Assembly (NCBI GenBank): GCA_009103225.1
Contig: RHPI01001428.1
Coordinates: 484,054-548,053, forward strand
From: Chlorokybus atmophyticus
Lineage: Eukaryota > Plantae > Mesostigma and Chlorokybus algae
Reading direction: 5' to 3'
DNA length: 64,000 nucleotides
Part shown: in pieces, positions 36,723 to 51,460 of the stretch
How positions within the stretch are numbered: position 1 is the stretch's first letter
Layout of the letters: each line of letters starts with the position of its first letter
Translations under genes and position numbers: made by a program
Notes under the pieces: generated by a model
The model's database searches: none
Seen by the model: only the letters and a program-made list of their open reading frames with translations
Told to the model about the DNA's origin: nothing

Positions 36723-39700
36723 ATGGCCTACAACGGGCGGTGGCTTCCGTCGTACGTGCTTGAAGAACAGCAGGTGAGCTTTCTGTGTCTTTGTTGTTGG
36801 ATGGTCAGCGTGTTGGGCTGCTAATTTGCACACACATTCTGCTTCGCGTTTGCGTTTTGGTTTTGCGACGACTTACCTTCGTTTGAAAACAGTCGGTTTT
36901 GTAGAATGCGTACCAAGCCATGTACAAGCTCTGGCTTGACAGACACAAGCCCCATGCAGATTGCTCAGCCAAGCTGTGCAATGTGCTCAAGCTCAGTGCT
37001 GCTTCTGTAGGCTGTCAATCTGTGAGCAGTCATGCCGCACTGGAGGTTATAGCTGTTGGGATTTTGTCCATCACACCTGTCCTTGAATTGGACGCAGTGG
37101 GTTACTATGCGAGTAGCTGCAGTGTACAAGCACTTTGAGTGTCAGTGCGTTAGGATTGTTTGTTACAAAACACACATTGTACAAGCGCTTCTGTCAGGCA
37201 GAGAAAAACTTGGAAACTATTGCAGAATGGCTGGTTGCATGCGAGCATGCAACCAGCAGTTGAGCTCTTACGCTAAGACAGACACTTGATCCCCATGTAT
37301 ACAATCATAGGCTTTGACCTAGCAGTCATCCTGTACACACTATGCTTGTGCAAGCATATCAAGTTTGTTGGTGCGGGTTATTACAGGAACGCCAGACGCG
37401 CAGGACCGAGCGGCGGCAACTTATAGCATACGACCTCGATGGCGGTCTGGCCGCAGACGCTCCATCAATGCTCAAAACCGACAGAAGAAATCTTGAAGAA
37501 GAGGTGCGACAACAGCGCAGGTATGTTACTTAGCGTAACCAATGCATAAGCATTGATGCGTATGTGAGCACAACATGCAAGATGCCCTCTCTAACATGCT
37601 GTGTGCAGGGTGCAGAAGTTTGGCGCCTTCGCACAACCAGGCAGAAAGGTAAACTGGAGCAAAGTGACGCAGTACAGTGTCTAGTCGGTGATGATCAGTG
37701 ACCTGATGTTGGCATGCGGATTAGTACAGTTCGGTTATTGTGTCACAAGTCACAAACAAGAAGGGGTTGGTTGCCCCAGTGGGCTTTGCGGCCAGAACTG
37801 GCGCTGTGTTACTGGAGAGAAGCGGATACCCACTCTCGCCTCTTTGGAGTGCAGGTTGTGGCTTTGCACACAACACAGGACAAAACACTGCTACATGTCG
37901 CATTGCCACTTCTCACGACACTGCTAGTCGACCACACAAAGCACATGTACATATGTACACGCAATATCAATTGATCCTCAACCTGCTGATAGTATTCTGT
38001 GTTGTAATGCAATGCCTGCGCTGTACTTCAGATATCTGCCTGCCACATGGTAGCAGCAGCAGTGTAAAGTTTTCTTTGTGTGTCGTGGCGGCCTTGTCAT
38101 GTATGATGTCCCTCAACACCTTAGCACATGGGGCGCGCTTGCGTGGGAAGGTGTTCTTGGGACGCTGTCTAACAAGTAATTGGTGCCTGTCTGTCCAAGT
38201 ACAGGACGAGTCTGGCGAACAGCAAGTCACCAGCATGGATTTGGACGAGAAGCGTAGGCTTCGCGCGGAAAGGTTTGGCATTGATATCAGGCAGGCAGAG
38301 CAGCCGGCAGCAAAGCCAATGGATACAAAGCAGTCAGCTGCGAGTGTCCCCGCAGTCGATACAGTCGGTAAGTTGCAGGTGTTGGTGCTTCAATGCGAGT
38401 GGGTGTGCGCGCGGGCATGCCACTGCACAACTGCATAAATATGTGCACGCGTTTGTATGCGCATGTGCATGCGCGAGGTAGGGGTGAGGGGGTGCGTGCG
38501 CACGCAGGACATGGTTGCTAATGCAAGTCACGTAGTCAACAACGCTGATCACATAGTTGTTGTGCAGAGCTACCAGACACGCGTCGAGACGCTAGCTCCG
38601 CGGAGCAACCACTGCCGGATTCTGTCCATGTGTCGGGCATGAGCTCGCTGAACACCAACGACCTGTATCAGTACTTCATGTACTACGCGCCCACTGCAGT
38701 GGAATGGGTCAATGAGGCGTCATGTAAGTGCGTGGATGACCATATCTATGCTTTCTGGTTGGATTTCACTCAAATCTCTCCTCATATGCTTGCTCTTGTA
38801 CAGGCAACGTGCGGTTTGAGGATGCCGAGACAGCCGGGAGGGTCATGAAAGGCCTGGGCAAGCCGTTCCCAAGCTCAACAGCAGGTTGCTGTCTCGGTGA
38901 CACAAATGTTGGGCTGGTAGCAATCATACTTTCACGCTTACAAGTGCCAGCCCTATGCTTTAAAACACAAACAAGCCATCTTACCTTAGCTTCTGTCACA
39001 GGCGAGGGCAAGAGGTACCCGTGGTACCAGGGCCCGAGTTTTGCAAAGGCAGGCATGACGATTCCGTTGGCCTTCCGTCAAGCGACATTGAGAGACGTGG
39101 CTGAAGGCGGGCGCTACGGGCCTCGCTCCATGTGGCCGGATGCCACCATGCGGCCAGAGGAGGGAGTGGAAGTAGCCGCGATGGAGGATGCGCCCAGGCC
39201 AGAAGGGGATGCGCGGGAGCTGCTGCTACAACGCAAAGGTGTACTCCTGCTGTGTGTCTGTGGTCATCAATGCGCGTTTTGACGACTTGTTTATGATGTG
39301 TCATCTGTCTTCAAGTTGAGTGTCACCAGATCATCATGCATCCTGCATGATGATAGCACAGGTTTGCAAAGACTGTCTGGAGTCTTTGTTTGGCCTACGA
39401 CTGCAGCCAAAACTTGTCACCGCTGCTGGTTATGCTCAACTATGCATCTTGAGACAAGACTGTTGCATTGCAGCTGGCGCTGCGGCTGAGTTGGGTAAGC
39501 GAGAGCGAGACCAAGAAGAGGAAGAAATTGCGGAGGAGGAACGAGTGGACTCAGAAGTTAAAGTCAGCACCCTCCCATTGCACGACTTGCGGCGAGGCAT
39601 TCAAAAGCGGAAGAAGCGGCGTGAAACTGTCATTGAAGCGGCGCTCGCGGGTGGAAAAGCGCATGGCGTGTCATTGAGGAATGGGGATTTGCGCTTCAGG

Positions 39701-39844
39701 CTGACCTCAGCCTTTGGATCCAATTTTGAGGATGAGGACGAGGAAGAGGACAATGCTGATGCGGAGCAAGAAGGTGGTACTGAGACCGCGTCTGATGATG
39801 AAGTTGATGAGTTGGAGGTTGAAGAAGGAGAGTTTGAAGGTTGA
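36723..39844 (+). CDS. NCBP3: Nuclear cap-binding protein subunit 3-like (DUF2414 RRM-like), multi-exon, head-to-head with VPS51
   Basis: EKRRLRAERFG; SVHVSGMSSLNTNDLYQYFMYYAPTAVEWVNEASC/NVRFEDAETA; LAFRQAT; acidic tail. The first exon (MAYNGRWLPSYVLEEQQ) is inferred. Confidence 0.75.
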
Positions 39845-40299
39845 CAGGTCACATTGAGTTGCATTATGTTGATGGCAATAATGCAAGAGCACCTACGGCC
39901 TCAGGAGTTGCTGGCGTGGTGAATTAGAGTTTGTGTGCTCGTATTTATGTAAACACCTAGCAGCAGCAAAGCAACTGTGCAGCAACAAACACGACGAAGT
40001 AACCCTTAACAAATTCTCGCGGCAGCAGGCTACAAACGTGGAAGGGCCGGGGATAATGCGGCCACATAACCCTATTGCACAGTAGTCTCGTAGGGGACCG
40101 AGTTGTAGTGGTTGTTATGATGCTCACATCTTCCTGCATACCATTCAGTTTCGCCAGTGCAAAGGTTTGTGCAGTAACAGCATTGGTAGTGGGCAGCATG
40201 CTCCACCTTCTAGATCTGTATGACACAGGATGTAGCTTCATTCCCTCATAACATTTTCAGCTTGCCACCAAGTGGTGTATACAAGAGATAGTATATATA

Positions 40300-40800
40300 G
40301 GGAGGAGGGGCGCGTGCAGGGGAGTTGGCGAAGTGTGGGAAGTACGGTGACCACACGGCGGGAGACAAGTTCATTCCTTTGGCAGCGGAGACGTTCGGCA
40401 CCCTGGGAGCTTCTTTCTATGAGCTGATTACTGACTGCGCGCGCCGTGTAGTTCAGCGTCGGGGGTTGCATACGACACGTATGCCCGGGTTCGTGTCCAT
40501 GTATAGGCAGCGGATTGCTTGAGCACTACAGCGAGCGCAGGGATTGGCTCTGTTGGAGAGAGCGAGACGGCAGTGTGTGCAGCTCTGAGTTGGCCGCCAG
40601 CGCGACCTGCTCCTATGCCGACCCTGTCGATGTGGCAGTGCTCTTGGCGTGAGGCCTATGCGACTGATGCGCAATAGCGTTCATAGTTGTATTGTCGTGT
40701 ATCTTGTCTTCGCGTTGTGATTGTTCTGGATTTGCGTTGCTGTGTTAGCGTTACGGCTATGACACTGGGACCTTGTGACCGTTTGACGTCATAAATATAT
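40300..40800 (+). mobile_element. 5'-truncated RLE-type (CRE-like) non-LTR retrotransposon 3' end
   Basis: ELAKCGKYGDHTAGDKFIPLAAETFGTLG...YRQRIA*ALQRAQ is typical of the C-terminal RLE region. It is followed by a ~200-bp 3' region ending in a TA/GA microsatellite. Confidence 0.65.
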
Positions 40801-42346
40801 ATATAGAGAGAGAGAGGATAGTTTGCTGGATTAGTAGCATGCCTGGTGTCAGACACATGCAGTCTCATGCCAACACTTCACACCACTTACTCACTGCCGG
40901 GATGTTCCTATCTCTACCCAACACGCTACCCCGTTGCCTACCCTGTTAGTCACACCAGCATGCCATGCGCTCTGCAGGTGGTAATCTTGCTGTCATCTTT
41001 CCACTTCCCCTGCTTGTTGCTGCCTGAGAGTCTAGTTTAGTTGTTGTTGTTGAGATAGTTGTGTGGGCTGTCAGCTCTGTCTTGGCCCCCGCCTAAATCT
41101 AAGTCTTGTTTGCTTGCTGTGCGGCCTGCTTTGTGTGTGTGCTAGCACAATGCATTCTCTGAGCATGCTTCGCGCAGCTCTGATGTAAGTTATGCATTAC
41201 CTTGCTGCTGTTGCTGTTGCTGCCTACTGTGACGCCAAGCCTCCGCCCTGACCCAGCCTCCTGTGCCCACAAGTCTGCTAGCCCCTTGCCCATACTCCTG
41301 CTATTGCCTATCTACCTCCTTTCCGTCGTCTCACCACCTTGCACGCACACAGTTAGAGCACACAGTTGGGCCCCTTGCCCTGTCATAATAGAAGCGCCTC
41401 TGCCCGTCTATGCCTTGTGTGTACGGGGTGCTAGGACATACATGCGCAGAATGGGCATGCGAACTCTGTTGCTGCATGATCAGTATGCATGCACGCAGTC
41501 ATCAACACATACCCAACATTCTATTACAACCGCCAGGCTATATGCCTATGCTAACTCCACTACCCCTAGCCCCCAAAACAACCCGCAGTTGCTGTCATAC
41601 CTGCCACACCGCCAGCAGCGTTAGGCTTGCACATGACCACCATGAGGACTAGGACGACCAGCAGACTCCCCCCGCCGCCGCTCCCAAACCCTCGACCGCC
41701 ATGGTGGCTGCCGCCACTGCTGCCGCACAGGGTTTCGTCAGGTGTCGGACAGCACGCCATGCACGCACATCATGCATATGCTGCAGCACTCCCTCAGCCG
41801 CATTGGTCATGTGTGACTTGTGTTGAGTTTGCATGTGCCTTTTGCGTATGTTTGCTGCGATTGGAAGTACTTCGAAATACTATGCAAGTCGTCAGTAAAT
41901 GACCTGCCACAGCCGTTGTGTATATGGTAGATAGGTGTGAGATGTCTGGCTATGGACTTTGTCAACCCATAGTAGCCAAGTCATCTCCGCGGTGAGGTTT
42001 GAGCGCTGTTTGATATTGAGCGTGCATTGAATTAAGCACATGTGCCACTCATGCAGCTTGTGTGAACGGGCTCCAGCCAGGCATGTGTGCAGGTGTGTGA
42101 GTAGCCTGTGGTTGCCTTAAATGCTGCATTCATGACACTGCAAGAAACGACAGTCACTGGGCTGTGCACCCCTCAAAATTGAGTCCTAGCAAACAATTGT
42201 CAATTGGGTACAACGGCATGCCAAAGAATTGCAAGCGCGCTGTTGCGCTTGTCATGAGCTATGATACAGCAACGGTCTACTAACCTAACCTCGCAGCGCC
42301 CTAGCATTGCAACGAAATCAACTGCACAGAGAAGATGAATGATCAG

Positions 42347-45300
42347 CTAGAACAGCGCCAACTCTCCGGGACTGAAGCTGTTCACCATTGGGTCCATCCT
42401 TGAAGACCGTGCTCCAGGATGCGTGTTGGGGTGTGGTGTTGCATACTGTTGAGTTGCGCCGGTCAACAATTGCTCATTGTGTGCAACGCCGCTGCCCTCT
42501 CCTGCATCACCATCTGATGCCTGCTGCTGTTGCTGCTCCAGTTTCTTAAACCCTGCAGTGCCGCACGCAAGTGTGTTGTTTTGTGTGCATGTCACTCACA
42601 GAGACATGCCCTTCTGCCTTCCTCTTTAAACAAACAAGGCTGAAGGCAACCAGCCGGAACACGACCCTTGGTGTACAGGGCTCAGTGCAAACAGTGACAT
42701 GCAAAGGCGGACAGTGGAAGGTAAGCAGCGCACCTTCCAAAACACGATCAACGGCTTCAATGGGGATGTGAATGCCGACTATTCTTCTATTGTCGCTGGT
42801 TGTTTCTAACCGGATCACCCGAAGCTTGCGCTGGCTTTTCTGGTCCTACACCACCATTTCTCACTGTTGGAAACAACCTCACCCGATGCAACAGCACCGC
42901 AAGCGGATGTTTACCTGTGCCATAAGCACGTCTTCCAACACGGACCACATGGGCAAGATAAGCCCGCACAGTATGTGCGTTTGCAACACACGCTTGCCAG
43001 CCTGGCATGTGGGCCCCTTCTTGCACTTGGCTCCATGCAGACACTGCACTCCAAAACAACAAGTTTGGGCTGGGCAACACAAAAAATGATAACATATTGA
43101 TGCCAGCGCAGTGCATACCATGTCCTTGAAGGTATTATACGACTCTTTCCACATCCGCTCTGCTTCCTCCCCAGATGCCACTTTGCTGTACTTTTCCTGT
43201 AACTCCGCAAAAGGCATTGGCCTGAACAGCAGATTGCCGGCAGAGCGTCAAAACCATGAACCATTGTTAAGTATGTCACTACACGTATAGTAACCATGCG
43301 CGACAAGTCCCTGCATATGACTTTGCATCACAAGTCCCTGATTAACAGAGTATCCACCAAAGTGCACTACACCTTCCAGCAGCTCCCGTATTGGGTCGGA
43401 AGACGCGCACCAAGCGAGGCCCGCTGTCGGAGCCACTTTCAACCTCACTCACAAACACTACATTTGTGCGACCGAACAACGGGGTCTGGGACTTCCAGAA
43501 GCCGCTTGCACCCTGTGTGTTGCGTTTGATTTAGGCCTTGACTGGTACAAATGACATAACAACATGTGTGCACCCAGTCAGTATGCACTGGGTAACCAAA
43601 CACAAAGGGAGCATGAGATGAAGTGGGTGCCATGTGCATCAACTTCACATGCAGTACCTTCTCCTTGCATCCCTCATATGAGACGGAAGCCTCTTCCCAG
43701 CTGTACCCTCGGTCAACGTTCAGCTTGTAGTGTGTAGTGTTTGCAGTAGTCATATCATCTTGGTGTACAACCTGCACAGTGGGCAACATCAACAGCATGT
43801 TAAGATGGCCGCCACCCACACCGACATCCTTCAAGATTAATCTTCATGTTGTCACAACACGCGTCACAGAGCGTACAGCAATGTACCGTTGGCTCGCCAG
43901 CTAACTCCACACTCGCTGCGCGCACATCAACAATGCCAGCATCGAAGCGGCCCTCTTTCCGGGCCGCATCAATAATCAACTTGAATGTTTGTTCAAAGTA
44001 CGAGAATAACATGTTCTGGGTTTCAGGTGGCAGGCCCAACAGCCTGTTGAGAAATCGCGGAACATCTGTCAAATCGTTGTCCGATATCTTTCCGCTAGGT
44101 CTAATGATAGGAAGATCTTCCTGCAGCCACCATGACCCGATCAGCAAAGGGCAGGCAATTGCAAATGCTTGCATGCAGCGACAGTGTATGCAACCAGGAA
44201 TGTGCACTGCCATCTGCATGGTCCTTGCATAATGATCGGTGTATGGCAACAAATGTCACCCACCTTGCTGAACTTCAGGTCAGAGTAACGCTGTAGCAAA
44301 CTATCAATATCCGTAGCCCCCTGAATAATGCCCGCAGCCATAAGGCCACAGCGACAGTGTGATAGAAACTGGTCTTCACGCACGCCATCTGGCACCTTTA
44401 CAACAGAAGTTTGCTGCATAGAAGCGAATTCTGTAAGCAATGATTGAAAAGCGAACGTGATGCAGAACTAAACAACTCAACAAAACCTGAACGGAAGTAC
44501 AAACCTTCTCCATGATGACCTTGTACATGGTGGACAGAGCACGCTTGCCCCAGAAGCTGTCATAGTTGTCTCCAATGGTAATCTGTGGGCCAGCTCTGAA
44601 AACAAATGCAGACTTATAAGCACCACAGTGTGATGAGCTCAGGCGTCCTTGGCACCTGAGCTCATCACGCTGTGGTCCTCATATGTTTGCACCAACGCCT
44701 ATAAATAGATACTACCCTGTCTGTCAGATTAGGTTGCGCATAGTACTAGTAACTGGTACTCCGGAACAGAAAGCCCGGTGTTTTGTGTTACAGGCAACCA
44801 CTATGAAGTACTTGCAACTATTGGAAGTTTAAAGTTTGGCTCAACAAGTTTTTGTACAATGATTAGTAGGTCTAGATAGAGAATGCATAGCATCTGCTGT
44901 AGCGCAATTCAATGTGGTCAAGTTCTGCGTATAGTCTGGCGAAGTGAAGTCTAGTCACATGCAGTCGAGAGCAACCTGATCGGGTTTGAAGTGATGGCTA
45001 TTATGCAGTGCAGTTGAGTAAACTAAGTGTGCTGCAGAGTAGGGTGATGTATGACGCTTATGCCAGTCACCTACCTTCTATCGCCTTGTGTCAAAGCACC
45101 GAGCGTCTCCAAACGGCGTGCAACAACTGTGGCAAACCGTTTCTCACCACCGAGGTTGGTGAACAGCAAGCGGTACTGTGGTGCACTCGCCTGTACGTGA
45201 GTCCAGGTCACTAATATGAACCAACCAAAGCAACCATCAAGCAACATGCTGGCACACCCAAAGCTTGCTGTACCTGGTTTGACCTATGTGACCGACCAAA

Positions 45301-48300
45301 CTGCTGTATTGCGCGATCAGCACTCCAAGGTAGCTCAAGCGTGATGTGCACCCGCCGGCGCGTATTCGCAACTCTTCTATCAGCCTGAGGAGTTGTGGTC
45401 CATAATGTTTTGCAATGTCGCGACACACACAGGTTTGAAGCAAGCAGGAACACGTGATACCTGTAAGGATATACCAGCAGATGCAGCTTCTGAAATCACA
45501 GCGACCAGCTTTTTGCCATCCATGAAAAGCTGCTTTTCGTGCATGTTCTGTAACTCTTGAGCTACACCGTCTGTCTTCCTGAGGCGATACGAAACACCTC
45601 CTTTGGGACCTGCATGCACACATACAGCAGCATGATCACCAATGACTATCTGATACAGCTTGCCTGACGACTGTGCCAAATTAACTAATACTGGTTGTTT
45701 AGCAGCACAACAGGTAGAAAACCTTACCAGCGGATCCGTCCTGTGGGTTGCGCACCAGCAGACCTTTGCGTCCTGTCATTTCAGCAACCGCATCGGGGCC
45801 ACCAAGCTGTCAAAAACATGCAACCTTGTGAGCGTCGACAACGGCAAGCTCGGGTGTGAGGTTGACTGTTCAGGCATGCTTGGTGTACACACATGTAACC
45901 AACCTGATCAATGATCAGGTCCAATGGGTTGTGCGGAAGCTGCAGGGTCCGTGCTACTCTGAGGAGCTCTGCTTTGCGAGCTTGCGCTGCCTCATGTCGT
46001 TGCTGCAATGCCAGGTTGTACTCCTCTTTTGCACGTGCAGCATAAGCATCCTGTCATTGCAACCACCAGTTACCGCAAGTCACCAATCTGCTGGTGTCCT
46101 ACAGTGCAACATCAGACAAGGTTGTGCCCAATCACACTCAGCACACAGCGGCACCATGGCACTCTGTGTAGTAGTTGTAGCCTGTACTTAGCGCATTTCC
46201 TTAGTGCCATTCATTTGAGCTGCCTTCAAGCACAGCCGCCATGTTCATACCTGCACTTGGCAATCTGGACACAGCCATTTGGGTTGCCTGGTCTCCATAG
46301 GAGGCACGAGGCAGGCCATGTGAATGGCAACTTGGCATTTGGTGCACTGAATTAGGCGATCGTCCCGCTGCAGCCAGGCCATAACAATCAGTCCAAGTAG
46401 CTCCGCCAATGATGTATGAACAAGCCTCAATCAAACTCTAGATGGCTCACCTCAGCTCCAGCGCCGCATGCTATACAGGTCTTGTCCAGTGCAATCACTT
46501 CTTCATCAGACCCCGACTCTGTGTCTTTGTCGCTTCCTTCATCACTAGGCAAGGCTTCCAAACCCTCCTCGTCACCTGACTCTGCGTACTTAGCGCGCCC
46601 ACGCAGTGCGCGACCGCGCGATGACCTTGTAGCAGTACGGCTGGTAGCCTCAGCGCGCCTCTTCTGCCGTTCCTGCTTTTCCGCCTTCTCACGGGCAGCT
46701 GTTGCGCAACCACATTTGAACGCTCAGTCACACAGGAATTGTGGCTGAGCAAGCGTCCAGATGACCTCAAAGGATAACGACAACAATTGGGNNNNNNNNN
46801 NNNNNNNNNNNNNNNNNNNNNNNNNNNNNNNNNNNNNNNNNNNNNNNNNNNNNNNNNNNNNNNNNNNNNNNNNNNNNNNNNNNNNNNNNNNNNNNNNNNN
46901 NNNNNNNNNNNNNNNNNNNNNNNNNNNNNNNNNNNNNNNNNNNNNNNNNNNNNNNNNNNNNNGGGGGGTAAACCGGTAGCTATGCCTGACTCACCAACAA
47001 TAGCGGGAGGTTCCGGAGGGAAGGGGTAGTAGTCTTCAATAAACTTGGTGACCAACTCGCGAGGTCCAGAAACAAAGTCCTCCAACTCAGTTCCGTTCTG
47101 CTTCACAACATCCTCCGTTCGCGCTTCTCCAGTGCTTTGCAACCCAATGACTACGCACTTGTTGTCTTTCAATGCCTGCTGCGCCAACTCCACGACTGCT
47201 GGCACTTTTGCAGCAATGCATAGATGACGGAAAAACCTCTGCAACCCACAACACGATGGGGTGAAGACATAAGATGCCAAAGGCCAAAGCGCTGCTGTAG
47301 TCATCAGCCGCCAGCTACAATCAGCCCGCAAGCAACTGACTGGCTTCACAGCACTTGTCAGTGTTACCTGATGTGTGGCCCAGAAGTAACGCCACAAGTG
47401 GTTCTTCTTGGGGCCTCCATCACCAATGGATTCCAGAGCAGCATGAAGCTCCGTACGAAGCTCGGCCCAGAATAGAGCTGACTCGCGATATTGCGCCTGC
47501 AAGCGTGGGTGTTCAAACATGTACCTTGGTGGCAGTAGACCGCAATCTACAGCCGAGTACAACTTACTGTCACTTCTGCGGAAAGGTTGGCATTGACAAC
47601 CTCAAACTCGGCACCTGCAAATGATAGAGTGCGGCAGACATACATTCCCCTGCACAACAAGCCATCATCAGTGTCTGCAAGTAAGGTAGGCGATGTAGTA
47701 TACAATGGCGGTAACAAAAGAACCGCATGCGCAGTACTCTTCGCAAATCAAGAATCAAGCGCACCCTGACGTTGATGACTACCTCTACAACTGCCATACC
47801 TAGCTTTCATGTCCATGGCAATCAGCTCCAGGGCACCAACGCCACCCTTGTCAACAGCTGACAGGAACTCGCTGAACATCTTGAAGGCTGTACCTGGCCC
47901 CCAAAGGCCGAGCCGTGACATGTACCCCAGGTTGCGCGGCTCGGATGCACCGGTAGCTGAGCAGTAGACCACACGAGCCATTGGCAGTTTGTTCTGCAAC
48001 AGGGCCGACAACATCAATGTGTGAATGAGTTTGCTGCTCTGATTGCACAACAATTTAGACAATATCGCAAGGACTAAAACCAAAAATCACATGGAACAGG
48101 ATGTAAATAAATGACATCGCTTTCTGACCGGTAATAATCAGCAATGAACAAGGAAAGTCAAACCTGCAACTCCAGGACTGCTTCCCCTGTCCTGGTTGGT
48201 TGCGCACCAGAGTCTGGCACCAAGTTCTTGGCCTTGTGACACTGCACAGCACGCATGAGCTTGGTCAGGCATGTTCAGGCACTGCATGAACATCCTGCGC

Positions 48301-50769
48301 TAACTCGCAAAGGACTGTGACTGGGTGCTAAACAGCACAAGCACTTGCACAGCATACAAACAGCAGCAAGATCAACGAACCTCATCAAAGACAATGAGGC
48401 CATCGAAATCCTTTCCACACCACTGGATGAGCTGGCTCAAACGCGACCGTCCATTTTCTGATGAAGCAATGAGACTGCTGTATGTTGAGAACACCACGCC
48501 ATCATGGATGCCAACTTCCTTGGAGTCCAACTTTTTGTATGGAGCCTTGTTCAACGCATGTACTGCAAACGGTCACAAGGTCAGCATGTGCATTTACAAA
48601 GCTGGCAACCACAATTTGCAGGCCCATACCTGGTATCTCAGCTGCATTGAGGTCTTCAAGATCTCTCGAAGCATCATATTTGAGGTCCGAGCCTACTGAC
48701 AGCCATATCCCTCGCCTTCGCCCCATCTTCCAGTTCTCCTTTACTAGACCAGCAACAGTACGGCCTTTACCAACACCAGCACCGTCACCAAGGAAAAAGC
48801 CGCCGCGCTGATTGCTGGGCAAAACTTGCTCGTGACGCTGCACCAAGGCAAGGATTGAATTAGTCTTGCCATGACCAGCACTGGTTGGGGCTGTAGCCCT
48901 CCCTGATATAGCTTCCTATGTACACCATGCATGTACAGCAGACCTGGCAAGCATACACGACAGCTTCTAACTGCAGTGCAGAAAGAGCTCCAGTCTCTGC
49001 AATCTCATCCGATATGACAGGGCGGTATGTAACGTCGGGGGGCTCCACAGCAGAAAGAGATGAGGTCTCAACAACAGGATCTGGGTGAGGTTTGCCGATC
49101 GTCCATTTTGCTGGCTTGTACTCCATGAATGTTTCACCGATGGCGTCCTCGGCATCATCTTCCTCATCTTGAGGCTCATCTTCTTGTGCCTACAATATAA
49201 TTTGTGTACATCATCAGCTCAGCCAACACATGCGTGCATGAACAAAGGACATTTACCCTAAGCCGTTTGTATAGCTCCAACTGCTCCTGGTCCAAAATGC
49301 CCGGATAACTGCGTTTTAAACTCTCAAATTGGGCAAGCTGACTGTAGTCTGGTACTCCGCCGTAGCCTTGGCCGAGACCATTTGTCCTGAGACCCGCACC
49401 GGACAGCATACTTAGCCGCTCTCGGATAGCCTGCTCTCGTGCTGCATTTCTTGCCAGCTCTACCCACTGTGTCTCTGACAACGCCTGCACTCACACCAAC
49501 GCACATTGCCTGCTTGGTCAGCTGCCCACAACACGCGATGCGGCCACAGTGAACAGTTTGCTAAGCACCTGCGGTGTGTTGCATTTTGGGCAGCAGAAAC
49601 GTGAAAGCCCTTGCGTCACATTTAGGATCTGCCTGCAGTTTGTGTTGGCGCATGGGACCTGCACAATATATCAGCAGCGCAAGTCCGACAAATTGATAAC
49701 TGAACATAAACCCGCAGACTGGCAGGTACCTGAAACTTTGGCATGGCACGCTGCTGGTGCACAGGCACACCCTGCACCATGTGACATTTTGGACATGCAA
49801 ACTTGTGAGCACCATCTGGCACGTTCAGCAGCTGCCCACAGCCGGCGCAGTGCACCTGGTGAAGCACACAACGTATTTGCACAAGCCTTGATCAGGCAGC
49901 TACGGTTGTAAAGTTGAACTGTCTCAAATGGAATTGTTCCCCTGCTGGTTATCAATCGCAACTCCAGTGAGCTGCTTTGGAAGCGTCATGCCTGCCACTG
50001 TCCCAAGCACGCATCCATCTCACCGGTTCTTAAATCTGAAGTTACTTGCTGCAGTGACCACAGCACAAACTGACGGCTACTAACCAGCAGTCTATGAGTA
50101 AACTTCCCAAGTGGTAAGCCCATTCGGTATGCTAGATGCGAACTGAAGTAAGCATGTACAGAACTGGATGGCATGCAACACTGGCGTGCAAACAGCTGCG
50201 TTGAAACCCATAAGGTTGCTGCACAGTACACCGACTACTGGCATCATCTCTGTATGCAAGTAGCGCACTATGGACCGAGCACCAAAGTGCACGTGCACAA
50301 CAGACGCAGAAACGCAACGGTGCACACGTACACAGGCATGCTTTGGTTGCCTGTGTACCAGTGCTGACAACCAGCACTCTGGAGGCAACGCAAAGTGCTT
50401 GGAAAGCAGAGTGTTGACAACCCAACGTGTGTGTGTCAAATACAGACCAGAGCTGCGTTGAGTGTGCCTCATGTTGTATAGATTCACACTGCCTGTGCCG
50501 CAGGTGGGGGAACCCGTGTGTTGTAGCCAACTGCCATTGTAACATTGAACCAATTGCTTCCAATTTGCATTAAAGCTTTGCTCGCTTCAAACCCAACTAG
50601 TGCACTGCGACAAGCCTGAATGATAGTCACACAGACGCTCTGAAACTGGTAGCAACCAGAACAGTGCCAGAGTCTTGGGTAAGCCTATGCTTGATAAAAA
50701 GCACACAGCAAAAACCAACTGGACAACAGCCACCTTGTACAAGGCACTGCTTCCAATCACCTGCAGCAT
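42347..50769 (-). CDS. FGT1: Strawberry notch / FORGETTER1 (helicase-like domains + PHD finger), multi-exon
   Basis: N-terminal zinc ribbons [21 protein letters not shown]; [20 protein letters not shown]; [13 protein letters not shown]; [14 protein letters not shown]; LIVFDE; [24 protein letters not shown]; [25 protein letters not shown]; [12 protein letters not shown]; [23 protein letters not shown]. Confidence 0.95.
46792..46962. other. Assembly gap (N) inside FGT1
   Basis: N run flanked by G-runs. Confidence 0.99.
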
Positions 50770-51351
50770 GGTCGTTCAAGTTGACTGCACAGCTGCCCAG
50801 GTAGTGCGTCCAACCTGACCTCCAGCTTCAAAACCATGCCATACGCGGTAGCGCGCCTTTTCCAGTGACACTCAAGGGACGAATCCCAGCACCTCTTGGG
50901 CCCGCAGCGGTCACCACCTCCCGCACCGACACCGCTGGCCCTGCCGCCGCCCCGGTTAGGGTTAGCTACTGGCGCCGTACCCCTTCCCCCCTGGATCTCC
51001 CTCCTGGCACCAGCAACAGAATATTTGGTATCCTACCCTTGATGTGCCGTGCACAAGCCCTGCAGCCCCGGACACCAGTGCCAAGCGTCGAAAGTATCAA
51101 GACAACGACTATCTCTGCCAGAACTCGACGCCTCGGAGTGCAAAACAAGTAACCGCGCAGAAATTCAAAAGCTTGGCGGGAGTTCGGACTAGCTTGCGCC
51201 AGTTTTCCCGGCGCCAGTAAAAGAGCCGCTGCGCTGCTCACAGTCGCAACTGGCAGTGCCACTGTGCAGGGCCAACAATCAGCAGGTAACCTAATGCCTA
51301 CTGGCATTAGATCTCTCCGCTCTGTCGCTACACGTGGCTCGAATTAGGTAA

Positions 51352-51460
51352 GTCGGGACACAAAACGGGGAAACCCGGGTCGGGACGCGAAAAACGAGAG
51401 GAAAAGGTTGCGTCGGGACGCAAAACACGGCAAGAAAGTGCCGCGTCGGGACATAAAAAC
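51352..51460. repeat. Four spaced GTCGGGAC..AAAA motifs
   Basis: GTCGGGAC at 51352, 51379, 51412 and 51445, each followed by an A-run. Confidence 0.8.

Noticed and set aside
41100-41900. ORFs of 80-140 aa between NCBP3 and FGT1
   Set aside because: Low-complexity translations with no recognisable motif or consistent splice pattern.
51352-51460. CRISPR-like array
   Set aside because: The repeat is only 8 bp, the spacers are short and similar to each other, the context is eukaryotic, and there are no cas genes.
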